In this document: positions 1-8,542 of the stretch, piece after piece
Numbering within the stretch: position 1 is the first letter of the stretch
Layout: the number at the start of each line of letters is the position of its first letter
Origin: a virus
Virus genome (UHGV): UHGV-0114729
Reading direction: 5' to 3' (one strand)
Length of the DNA: 45,034 nt
The notes under the pieces: generated by a model
Told to the model about the DNA's origin: nothing
Database searches by the model: none
Seen by the model: the letters and a program-made list of their open reading frames with translations, nothing else
Made by a program: the position numbers and the translations under genes

Positions 1-49
1 CACATTAAAGTACACAATATTTGTGCCCTTCTCTGTTTCTTTCCCGTTA

Positions 50-598
50 TCAGCTAGCTGGAAACTTTTTATACAGAGTTGAGAGCCCTACTCCATACGT
101 TTTTGATACGCTTTGTCGTGATTCACCGGTTGCCATCCGCTCCCCCATTTCCCGCCATTGCTCATCCGTGAACTTAGGCCTGCGACCACCAACTCGCCAT
201 TTTGCCCTGGCTACGGCCAGCCCTGCTAAGGTACGTTCGCTATTAAGATCAGATTCATATTGTGCTGCGGAAAGGATGTTACGAAAGTTATAGCGGCCGC
301 TGGCTGTTTTGAGATCCACGCCATCGGTAATACTGCGGAAGTTGATACCCTTTTCCTGTAACTGCTGGAACATCAACAGCGCATGCAGAACGTTGCGGCC
401 TATCCTGTCCAGCTTCCACACCACCAGTGTATCGCCCGCATTCAGAGTCCGCAGAAGCTTTTTGAGCGCTGGCCGGTTCGCTACCGTCCCGCTCATTTTT
501 TCTTCAAAAACCTGTTCACATCCTGCGCATTCCAGAGCGCCTCTCTGTAACGCTGTATTCTGGTCATTTGTTGATACCCGGATATATCCAATTTGCAC
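50..598 (-). CDS. Serine DNA invertase, Gin/Pin/Cin/Hin family
   Basis: 182-aa ORF; N-terminal MQIGYIRVSTNDQ with the catalytic serine and near-collinear similarity to Mu Gin as remembered; lies directly beside an invertible tail-fibre segment. Confidence 0.9.
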   Translation of the reverse strand: MQIGYIRVSTNDQNTALQRGALECAGCEQVFEEKMSGTVANRPALKKLLRTLNAGDTLVVWKLDRIGRNVLHALLMFQQLQEKGINFRSITDGVDLKTASGRYNFRNILSAAQYESDLNSERTLAGLAVARAKWRVGGRRPKFTDEQWREMGERMATGESRQSVSKTYGVGLSTLYKKFPAS

Positions 599-663
599 GA
601 ATTACCGCCTCTCTCTATCAAAAAACGCGTGAGAGTAACGGAGGTGGCTATAAATCGCATTAT

Positions 664-690
664 CACAAACCTCGGTTTGGGAACAGCGGC
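664..690. repeat. Left inverted repeat of invertible segment (gix-like crossover site)
   Basis: CACAAACCTCGGTTTGGGAACAGCGGC recurs in inverted orientation at 2126..2152 with one mismatch; core AAACCTCGGTTT matches the gix core of Gin-family sites. Confidence 0.8.
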
Positions 691-1459
691 CACAAAGACG
701 GTCGGCACGGCGACAGGGAATTTGTTGGAAGTGGGCGCATTTGGTTTGGGCGTCAAGGTGCTGAAAGTGAATTCGGTCACTAACGCTGACAGTTTGGAAA
801 ATTGCTCGTTTGCAGCGGGCATTGGCAGCGACGCTATAAATTTTGCGTCTAATTTTGCCCCGATAATTGTAGCGGCGCGCGATGGTGGTGGGGATGGTAC
901 CGGACAGATCTCTCAGATCCAGAGCGATGACGCGCTGCTTGCGTTTAGATATCGAGGCGGCAATGTCTGGTCTCCGTGGCGTTATGTATATCATTCCGCA
1001 AATACAACAAAAACAAGCGATGGCACGTTAAAAGCTGCGTCGCCTGTAATTAAAATTTTTCACGACGGCTCTGCGGAAACTAACGATGAGTCAGAAGGTG
1101 TAACAGTCTCCAGATTGTGTGTTGGGCAGTACTTGATTGAAGGGTGTGTAGGAATGAACTCCGACGCGGCGTGGGGCGGGATTGATGGCGGGTTTGACAT
1201 TCCCCGAGATCGGAACGGACAGGCGCTAATCTGGCTGGATTACGAAGTGAATGCCGACGGATCAATCCTCGTCAAAACATATCACCGCACGTATCCCGCC
1301 GCTCCTGCATTTGCGCGTAACGAGATAGATGGGCTGGCAGCCGGCGACCCGGTCGACATTCCCGCCGACCAGTTCGTTTCTGTGCGCGTTGAAATGCCCG
1401 CTGATAGCATATGGAATCAGCGGCAATCAATTATTCTGGCTGATCAAGAGCCTGAGTGA
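664..1459 (+). CDS. Silent alternative tail-fibre C-terminal cassette (promoterless; expressed only after inversion)
   Basis: Plus-strand ORF 593..1459 shares the TNLGLGTAAT junction peptide in frame with the left repeat; the part upstream of the repeat overlaps the invertase start region and is not a credible start. Confidence 0.6.
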
Positions 1460-2646
1460 CTTGCTCTTTGGTTATTTTGCAGTTGTGCTTGCAGGTCTGA
1501 AATTTGTTGTTGTAGAGCCTGAACACAGCCGAGGAGATCCATTACTATCGGGTTGTTGTCCACGGACGGGCGATCCCGATATTCCTCACTAATTTTATTC
1601 CCGGCCTCATCATACACCTCCGTGCCGGGAATTGGCTCTGGATTATGTTTGATATACTGCGGGGCAATTATTTCTGCGTCTTCCGCAATAACCCCAAAAC
1701 GTACTCGCTCTTGTTCGTCGTCACGGTAAATAAAATTAACAAGCTCAAGCGACAGCACTCTGTTTAGGGCGGTGGCCGCGTCCGCTAGCGCAATATTTTT
1801 CTTGTAATCCCTGCCAGACGTTCCCTGTAATGCAATCGTTCCCGTTGACGTCGGGAAGTTGATCATTACCTGTCCGGTTTTGTCCCAACCAGTGCCTATT
1901 CTTTTCACTAAATACACTGATACGAAATCATTACTCTCCGAATACGACGTCTCGAGCAACACAGTTTTACCAACAGTTGAATCGGGTGCCGAGGTGATTT
2001 CAAGAGTCATATCCGGGTACGACTGGCCTGAAATCCTTAATTTTGGCAGGGTCTGCTCCTGACTAAAGGTATTTTTTTCGCTCAGTAACGGGATTGCGCT
2101 ACCTGATGTGCCTGTGTTTACTGTCGCCGCTGTTCCTAAACCGAGGTTTGTGCGGGCCTCTGCTGCTGTTTTGCCACCGGTGCCGCCCTGAGCGATACTA
2201 AGCGCTGTAGTTAACCCGGTCAGGCTCGTAATGTCCTTATTTGCCCCTTTCTTCGCTAGCGATTTCTGACCAGGAACGGTCACAGCCACACCGTTAATCG
2301 TAATTGTCACGTCCCCTGTGCCGTTCATTACGTCAGCGAATCCGCTCATATTGCGCTGGTACAGAGTGAACGTCTCGGCAATATCTTGCGCCAGCCCATC
2401 AACGCTCAGACTATCACTCAGCAGAATTGAATATTTCGTACCGGCTGGAATTGCTGGGCTGGCAGCAGGCGTTACAGTGAGACTCGTAGCGCTGTTAATT
2501 GCAGTAATCTGAAATACCTGTGCCGGATTTGTCAGTGCAATAACAGTGCAGCCGTTCCGAATTAATGAACCCGCAGCAGTAAAATTAGTTCCGGTGCCGG
2601 TCAGAGTATTACCGCTGACAGCGATAGTGCCGGTTGTATAGATCAT
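1444..2646 (-). CDS. Tail fibre protein: constant N-terminal part plus currently expressed variable C-terminal cassette with intramolecular chaperone (peptidase S74-like) domain
   Basis: ORF 1444..2664; likely start is the ATG at 2646 (MIYTTGT) preceded by GGAG; C-terminal SGRDYKKNIALAD...RFGVIAEDAEIIAPQ resembles the auto-cleaving chaperone of endosialidase-type fibres. Confidence 0.75.
   Translation of the reverse strand: MIYTTGTIAVSGNTLTGTGTNFTAAGSLIRNGCTVIALTNPAQVFQITAINSATSLTVTPAASPAIPAGTKYSILLSDSLSVDGLAQDIAETFTLYQRNMSGFADVMNGTGDVTITINGVAVTVPGQKSLAKKGANKDITSLTGLTTALSIAQGGTGGKTAAEARTNLGLGTAATVNTGTSGSAIPLLSEKNTFSQEQTLPKLRISGQSYPDMTLEITSAPDSTVGKTVLLETSYSESNDFVSVYLVKRIGTGWDKTGQVMINFPTSTGTIALQGTSGRDYKKNIALADAATALNRVLSLELVNFIYRDDEQERVRFGVIAEDAEIIAPQYIKHNPEPIPGTEVYDEAGNKISEEYRDRPSVDNNPIVMDLLGCVQALQQQISDLQAQLQNNQRASHSGS
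2126..2152. repeat. Right inverted repeat of invertible segment (gix-like crossover site)
   Basis: Reverse complement of 664..690 (26/27 identical); lies in frame inside the tail-fibre ORF at the conserved TNLGLGTAAT peptide. Confidence 0.8.
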
Positions 2647-2660
2647 TTTATTTTCTCCAG

Positions 2661-2690
2661 GCAATAAAAAAACCCCGCCGGAGCGAGGTT
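2661..2690 (-). terminator. Rho-independent terminator after the lipoprotein gene
   Basis: Minus-strand hairpin CCTCGC-TCCG-GCGGGG followed by TTTTTTTATT. Confidence 0.6.
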
Positions 2691-2709
2691 TATGTTTAAG
2701 CGTAGTGGG

Positions 2710-2943
2710 TTATTTGCAGGTTGTTTCGGTAAATGTATTCGCACTTACCCAGCGCCAGCTGAAAGGATATCCAGCCCGGTACTGCGTCTGGTTGTTTTGT
2801 TTACGCACACCGTAAATCTGAACCGTAGTTTCCTGACCGCCAACGATTGCAGTGCCGCTGCAAACTGGTTCCTGTTTCTCAATTACGCCAGCGCATCCTG
2901 TAAGCATGACAGCGCCTGCCATGCAGATAATCAGTTTTCTCAT
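2710..2943 (-). CDS. Small lipoprotein (moron; possible Cor-like superinfection-exclusion protein)
   Basis: 77 aa; signal peptide plus lipobox LTGC; own promoter-like region upstream and own terminator downstream; sits between tail-tip and tail-fibre genes. Function is inferred from position only. Confidence 0.6.
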   Translation of the reverse strand: MRKLIICMAGAVMLTGCAGVIEKQEPVCSGTAIVGGQETTVQIYGVRKQNNQTQYRAGYPFSWRWVSANTFTETTCK

Positions 2944-2994
2944 TTTGATAGTATCCAGAGGAATTCAGTATCTTAGACGATACCAATACAATTC

Positions 2995-3054
2995 TGGTGG
3001 GTATAATTGATTGGATAGATCAATATTATGTTATTGATCGCTAAAAACGATCAA
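2995..3054 (-). promoter_or_regulatory. Candidate promoter/operator of the lipoprotein gene with two 8-bp palindromes and three GATC sites
   Basis: GATCAATA-N6-TATTGATC and ATTGATCG-N7-CGATCAAT; minus-strand TTGATC-N18-CATAAT sigma70-like elements. Confidence 0.4.
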
Positions 3055-3729
3055 TCAATCATAGGCCGCTGTATTTATGGCGGTTAATGAAATGCCAGTA
3101 TTCGTTCCCCCTCCAGGTGAACCTGCCCCAGTGGAGGTCCCCCCTGCGTTTATCCTCGTATTGGCCCCGTCAAACCTGCATGAAGAATAAGCATTTATCG
3201 TGTAGATAGTCGGAGGCTTGGTTGAATTATTCACAATGATGGTCTGACCCAACTGAGCAGGTGCAACGGCCCATGACCCGCTCAGCGTCTGGTCAATATT
3301 TATCCCGCCGTTTGCACCAGGCGTGCCAACCGTCTGCAGGTCTGATAGCACACGGGACTCATTAGTTAACACAAGCTTTCCGCTCGCATCCCATATTGCC
3401 AAACCCCATTTCGGTAATATCTGCGGGAATATGGCAAAAACGTACGCCGTTAAAGTGAAACTTTGGTTGTAGGGATTAACACCAGCAACATACACATTAC
3501 CGCCGTTCCTGTAAGACATAACCGGAGTGGGCTGTGCTGTATTGGTGGTTTTGATAAAAACCATCACTGGGTAATCAGCGTTTAAAGCGATATTTTGAGC
3601 AACCTGCTGAGAACTGCCATTCGCGGATGAATTGAAGGTATACTTCCCGTAAAGACAGAAAGGCGTTGATTGTGGCGTTACAAAGGGATTCCCGTTATCC
3701 ATTAATATCATCGCGCCAAATTCGGCCAT
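3055..3729 (-). CDS. Hypothetical tail-associated protein (downstream of J)
   Basis: 224-aa ORF whose start overlaps the stop of the preceding ORF; Gly/Asn/Thr-rich; shares a WDASG motif with the upstream 100-aa ORF. Confidence 0.5.
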   Translation of the reverse strand: MAEFGAMILMDNGNPFVTPQSTPFCLYGKYTFNSSANGSSQQVAQNIALNADYPVMVFIKTTNTAQPTPVMSYRNGGNVYVAGVNPYNQSFTLTAYVFAIFPQILPKWGLAIWDASGKLVLTNESRVLSDLQTVGTPGANGGINIDQTLSGSWAVAPAQLGQTIIVNNSTKPPTIYTINAYSSCRFDGANTRINAGGTSTGAGSPGGGTNTGISLTAINTAAYD

Positions 3730-4031
3730 TATGCTTTCTCCATGAAAACGACCACCTCACATTTAGAGGCCGGGTAATTACCCAGGCCCACAGAAGAGGC
3801 TGCGGTTACGGTTATTGTGTTCCCTGACGCGACAATGCTCCTCCCTACGCTGTTACCTCCTTCATCAAGTGAGAGCGCAAAACCGACCTTCATTCCTGAG
3901 GGTACAGTGAAAGACCAGCTGCCGGAGTTTTGTCCGGCGGCAAGTTGTATACGTCCAACAACGGAAACGGGCTTGATTCCGTAGTTGTTGGGGTTTCCCG
4001 AAGCATCCCAGGTCTGTATTCCATAAGCCAT
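3729..4031 (-). CDS. Hypothetical tail-associated protein (downstream of J)
   Basis: 100-aa ORF overlapping the J stop; translationally coupled. Confidence 0.5.
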   Translation of the reverse strand: MAYGIQTWDASGNPNNYGIKPVSVVGRIQLAAGQNSGSWSFTVPSGMKVGFALSLDEGGNSVGRSIVASGNTITVTAASSVGLGNYPASKCEVVVFMEKA

Positions 4032-4032
4032 A

Positions 4033-7000
4033 TCAGAACACCCCCGTTAATCGGCCAACCTGCACTCTCAGAACGTTGTTGCCATCCTTGACGCTGATTG
4101 TCTGGTTGGTCTGCTTCATGGCTCCCTCCCCAGCTGTCGAACCGTAGTTCTCAAACGTCCCGGACTTATCCAGTTTCCAGCCAACAGAGCCGGCAACATA
4201 ATTGTTCGACTGGATGTAATTGCCAATTTTTGCATTGCTTATGGTCCCGTCGCCAATGACTGTATCCCTGATAATGGCCTGGCCATTCTGAATAACGAAT
4301 GGCAGCGTGACCGCACCACCGGCCTGAGTCATAACAGCAAAGCGGTTAGCCAGGAACAGCACCTGCGACTGCATACCTGCTGGCGTATTTTCGACTCCGA
4401 TACCCATTCCGGCAGCGTATTGCCGTCCGTTCGAGTCGATAGCGACTTTAATACTGTACATCGCATTCAGATTTCCGCTGATATCTGCAACCGCCCGTGC
4501 GTTCTGTTCAATTACTGTCGTCTGCCCATTAACTGACACTGTCAGCGAGTTAATCCGCGTTGCTGACGCCTGCGTGAAATCCGCAAGAGTTTTTGCAAAA
4601 TCAGTCGTATTTGCAGTACCACCTCCTGCACTTGAATCCAGCGTTTTGAGTGACTCAGCCACAGCCAGGCTTGCATCAGCCATCACGTTATCGACACGTT
4701 CGAGCCCTGCTTTATTGTCGCCGTACTGCACACTCATTCGCTGCGACTGATTCACCTGCGCTAACGTCTGCTGAATTACTGCAATCGCGTTATTCTGAAT
4801 GCCTCCTTTAATGACGCCCACATTACTGCTCTGATCTGCGATTTCTGCTGAGATTTCGTCAAAACGTAACGCTGTGGCGCTGTCCAAATCCGTGACCACT
4901 TGATCCAACTCGCTGATTTCTGCGGCATTGCGAGTACTGGCTTGTTCCGCCTCATCTGCTTTATCGCTGGCAGCTTTAGTAGCAGCAGAAAGCTCGTCGA
5001 GTCGCAGCGCTGTAGCTGATTCTGTATCTGTCACAACCTGCTCAAGCGCTGTGATTTTCGCTGCATTTTGTGCGCCAACCTTACCCGCCGCGTCCGCTTT
5101 AGAGTCGGCAGTCTTAGTAGCAGCATTGAGTTCATTAAGACGCGTCGCGACTGCTTGAGACTCGTCAGACATAGCTTGACGCACTTCAATGATATCAGCT
5201 GCGTTGTGCTCTGTAGTAGCTTCAAGGCGCAGTACATCAGCAACACGGGCTTCGGTCTCGTTGGCTATGGCTTCCTGTGTGCGCTCGATCCCGGCCTTGT
5301 TGTCCAGGTACTGAACCGTCATGGTGTTGCGCTGGCTAACCTGAGCTAACGTGTTGTTAATCAGAGCGATGGCATTACTCTGAATGCCGCCCGCAGCGCT
5401 GGCAGTAGCAGCGCTAAGCTCATCAAATCGTGAAGCGGCCGCAGAGGTGCTATCTGTAACAACTTGGGTAAGTGATGTGATATCCGCGCTGTTCTGTGCG
5501 CCAACCTTACCCGCCGCGTCCGTAGCAGCAGTAAGCTGATCGACAGCAGTTGCGCGGGCTTGAGTTTCATCAGCAAGTGCTTGTCGAACCTCAGTGATGC
5601 CCGCCGCGTTATCCTTCGTCTTAGCTTCGAGACGGGTAACATCGGTCACGCGAGCTTCAGTTTCTGTCGCTACAACTTCCCGTAGTTGCTCGAATTGCGC
5701 CGTATTAGCGCCGTTTTGGGCGGTCTGACGCAATACGACATCAGTAATCGCGAGAGAATTGGCAATAATAGCTTCAGCGGTCTGTTTGTTAGATGAAACC
5801 GCCGCGGCAAGACTATCTGCATTTTCACGAATCGCTGCTGCCAGATTTTCAGTACTGGATTTCAAATCCTCTGCAGTTTGTTTCCCGTCAATAATTGCAG
5901 CTGCCAGCGCGTCGGCATTTTCCCGGACCGCATCAGTCAGTTCGGCAATATTTTTGGTATCCTCATCTACAGTGGCGATCAGGTTTTTGAAAACCTCTGT
6001 TTCCTGAATCTCTTTGAATATTGCATCCGTAATTTCTGAAACATCGGTGCTCGCCTGCCCGCGCACCCAGTCGGTATACCCCGATTCGTTACCGGTCCGG
6101 TCAACAAGTTGCGCGCGGTACCAGAAAATCTGCCCAGCCTTAAGGCCCATCTGCTGATATTTGCGCTGCGGGTAAGGCACATCGGCCAGCAGCATTGCAT
6201 CGTCCTCGGTACCGGTCAGGCTATACTGAATTTCCGTCTTCAGCGTGTCTTCGGTATTCGCCGGGAATCCCCAGTTCAGCTCGATACCGAATACCACGTT
6301 TTCAGAAGCGATGAAGCCAACCGGCTTCGGTGGGTTTCCCACTTTACCCGTCAACGTTTTCTCTTCTGAATAGCCCCACCCAGATGAAATTTCGGCGGCA
6401 TTGATGGCACGCACGCGAACCAGGTAGCGTCCTGCATAAATCCCCGGAACATCGAATGACGTGGTGGAGCTGCGCGGCACATTCACCCAGTTCCCGTCAT
6501 TGCGACGCCACTGTGCCTCATACGCGATAGCATTTTTCGCCTGGTCCCAGCTGACGCGCATGGTCTCAACGCTGATATTCTGCTGAACGACAGAAAACGA
6601 ACTGATCGCGATATTAGCTGGCGGGGACTGATTACCGGGCGGAATTACACTTATTGGCCGCTGGTCGATAATGGCACCGGTATCGATACGCGCATATTTA
6701 TCCGGATCGTGCAAAGCGCCAGCAATCGAATACGTTCCGTCATTATTATCCGTAACGCTGATAACGCGATATTGCTGCGCGTAAAGCTCTTCAGACTCGA
6801 CAATCCACACCGATTCCACTGCAGGTGTTTCGCTGTATGCCGTTGTCACAGTGACGGCCCGCCCGTTTACGCTCTGTATCGTCCTGCTCTGCGATGCGCC
6901 GGACGGAAGGTTAACCATCAGACGGCTTCCGGGAGCGGCTGCCGAATCACGATCAAGCGTGATAACGCGACCGTTAACCGCACTGATGCGCCCTCCCATC

Positions 7001-8490
7001 ACTTTTCCGGAAAGCAGCTCATCGGCAACCGCGATGATATAACCAGGCTGTGGGATCTTACCGTCAAGACCAACATCGAACGACACGATGCGATCCTTGT
7101 TATTGGTCAGGATACCCCAACGTCCTTTGCGGTTTGCCTCTGACTGCCGGGTACAACCAATGGCTGTCATTTCGAGCTGATTTGTGCCAAAGCGAGCAAC
7201 GAGATCCTGCTCAAATACAGGCTCCATCGCATCCGCGTAGGCATTACCCGGATCGGACCAGGAAACCAGTGCCGTGGTATAGCGGGTTTTGGTGGTGCTG
7301 CCCGAATAGGTAAAGCGCCCATTAACCACGTTTGCACGCGTGTAGCTGTAATCCACATCGCGGGGCATATCCGCCAGCGCAACGATTTGATCGCCACCCC
7401 AGTACGTCATGCCCCGGAATATCGCCGCAAAATCACGTAACACGGTATAGGCGTCATTCCTCTCCTGCACGTACACGTTACAGGTATAGCGAGGCTCAGT
7501 GCCGCTACCGCCTTTACCATCAGGAACCGGCTGATCGCAATATTGCGCGACCTGATAAAGCGTCCATTTATCAATATTGGCCGCCGTCAGGCGATTGCCC
7601 AGCCCAAAGCGGTCGCTCACCACCAGATCGTAAAAAATCCAGGCTGGATTATCCGTCCACGCCCACTTAAACGCCCCTGTCCATGTGCCGCTGTAGGTGC
7701 GGGTCTCCGGGTCATACGTATCCGGAACGCGGATTACACGCCCTCGCGGTTCGCAGGATATTTGCGGGATAGAGCCGTTAAACTGGCTTGAGTCGAATTC
7801 GATGTACAGCAGCGCGGTATTTGGATAACGCAGTTTGGCGTCAATAACCTCTGTGTAGCTCTGCAGCGTCATCGTGTCGCCAATTTTCGCGCTGTTGGCA
7901 TCCGCCGTAAGCTTACGCAGGCGCACCGTCCATGTACTGCCTGCCTGTGGTAAATCGATACGATGGCTGCGTTCGTAGCCGGAAGTTGTCTTGCCGGTTA
8001 CGCTGGTATTAAGTACCGTCTGCCAGGTGCCGCCATCGGTCTGCAGATCAATAGCGTAGTTAATTGAATAGCCAACCAGATCGCCATCATCCTCCTGTTT
8101 AAAAAGCGATGGCCACTTGAGGCGCAGGCGAACGGCTGACAGTTGCGTGTTGGTAAAGGTATGTGTCCAGCCGGTGGTGCTTGACACTTCGGTGCCCACG
8201 CTGATTTCATTTTCTGTGCCGGGGATACCCTGAATATATTTTTGTGCCTGAGTCCCCGGACGAAATTCCCACGCCACGCCACTGAAGTTTTGCGATCCGT
8301 CTGCATTCTCCAGTGGCGTGCCATCGAGATAGATATCCTTCGCCGTCAACTGCCCTGCAAATTCGCCCTCTCCCAGTGCAACAAGAATTTTGGCTTTCGC
8401 TACGGACTGGAGATCGTCTGGTTGTTCAGTCGGGGTGCGTGAACTGGAGCTGCCGCCCTTGCGGCCTCTAATCGGAGTAGATGTAGCCAT
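4033..8490 (-). CDS. J: Host specificity protein J (central tail fibre / tail tip)
   Basis: 1485 aa; follows I as in lambda; J-like N-terminal two-thirds; carries an internal tandem duplication in the C-terminal third. Confidence 0.85.
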   Translation of the reverse strand: MATSTPIRGRKGGSSSSRTPTEQPDDLQSVAKAKILVALGEGEFAGQLTAKDIYLDGTPLENADGSQNFSGVAWEFRPGTQAQKYIQGIPGTENEISVGTEVSSTTGWTHTFTNTQLSAVRLRLKWPSLFKQEDDGDLVGYSINYAIDLQTDGGTWQTVLNTSVTGKTTSGYERSHRIDLPQAGSTWTVRLRKLTADANSAKIGDTMTLQSYTEVIDAKLRYPNTALLYIEFDSSQFNGSIPQISCEPRGRVIRVPDTYDPETRTYSGTWTGAFKWAWTDNPAWIFYDLVVSDRFGLGNRLTAANIDKWTLYQVAQYCDQPVPDGKGGSGTEPRYTCNVYVQERNDAYTVLRDFAAIFRGMTYWGGDQIVALADMPRDVDYSYTRANVVNGRFTYSGSTTKTRYTTALVSWSDPGNAYADAMEPVFEQDLVARFGTNQLEMTAIGCTRQSEANRKGRWGILTNNKDRIVSFDVGLDGKIPQPGYIIAVADELLSGKVMGGRISAVNGRVITLDRDSAAAPGSRLMVNLPSGASQSRTIQSVNGRAVTVTTAYSETPAVESVWIVESEELYAQQYRVISVTDNNDGTYSIAGALHDPDKYARIDTGAIIDQRPISVIPPGNQSPPANIAISSFSVVQQNISVETMRVSWDQAKNAIAYEAQWRRNDGNWVNVPRSSTTSFDVPGIYAGRYLVRVRAINAAEISSGWGYSEEKTLTGKVGNPPKPVGFIASENVVFGIELNWGFPANTEDTLKTEIQYSLTGTEDDAMLLADVPYPQRKYQQMGLKAGQIFWYRAQLVDRTGNESGYTDWVRGQASTDVSEITDAIFKEIQETEVFKNLIATVDEDTKNIAELTDAVRENADALAAAIIDGKQTAEDLKSSTENLAAAIRENADSLAAAVSSNKQTAEAIIANSLAITDVVLRQTAQNGANTAQFEQLREVVATETEARVTDVTRLEAKTKDNAAGITEVRQALADETQARATAVDQLTAATDAAGKVGAQNSADITSLTQVVTDSTSAAASRFDELSAATASAAGGIQSNAIALINNTLAQVSQRNTMTVQYLDNKAGIERTQEAIANETEARVADVLRLEATTEHNAADIIEVRQAMSDESQAVATRLNELNAATKTADSKADAAGKVGAQNAAKITALEQVVTDTESATALRLDELSAATKAASDKADEAEQASTRNAAEISELDQVVTDLDSATALRFDEISAEIADQSSNVGVIKGGIQNNAIAVIQQTLAQVNQSQRMSVQYGDNKAGLERVDNVMADASLAVAESLKTLDSSAGGGTANTTDFAKTLADFTQASATRINSLTVSVNGQTTVIEQNARAVADISGNLNAMYSIKVAIDSNGRQYAAGMGIGVENTPAGMQSQVLFLANRFAVMTQAGGAVTLPFVIQNGQAIIRDTVIGDGTISNAKIGNYIQSNNYVAGSVGWKLDKSGTFENYGSTAGEGAMKQTNQTISVKDGNNVLRVQVGRLTGVF

Positions 8491-8542
8491 ATTGCGCCCA
8501 TAAAAAAGGCCACCCTGAGGTGGCCTGAAAGGAGGTTTTTAT

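Larger units (their letters stand above)
664..2152. other. Invertible DNA segment (G/C/P-segment-like) switching the tail-fibre C-terminus
   Basis: About 1.46 kb bounded by inverted gix-like repeats; contains two convergent ORFs that both begin in frame at the repeat; adjacent Gin-family invertase. Confidence 0.75.

Noticed and set aside
21-293. Plus-strand 90-aa ORF
   Set aside because: Entirely antisense to the well-supported invertase gene; no RBS; composition consistent with a shadow ORF.
593-663. N-terminal extension (MHELPPLSIKK...) of the plus-strand tail-fibre cassette ORF
   Set aside because: Lies outside the invertible segment and overlaps the invertase start region; the cassette is better read as a promoterless C-terminal module beginning at the inverted repeat.
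2646-2664. Upstream start of the tail-fibre ORF (track start at 2664)
   Set aside because: The codon at 2664 is TTG and sits inside the terminator T-run; the ATG at 2646 has a well-spaced GGAG.
4928-7791. Multiple 60-140-aa ORFs on the plus strand inside J
   Set aside because: All antisense to the 1485-aa J ORF; typical shadow frames.
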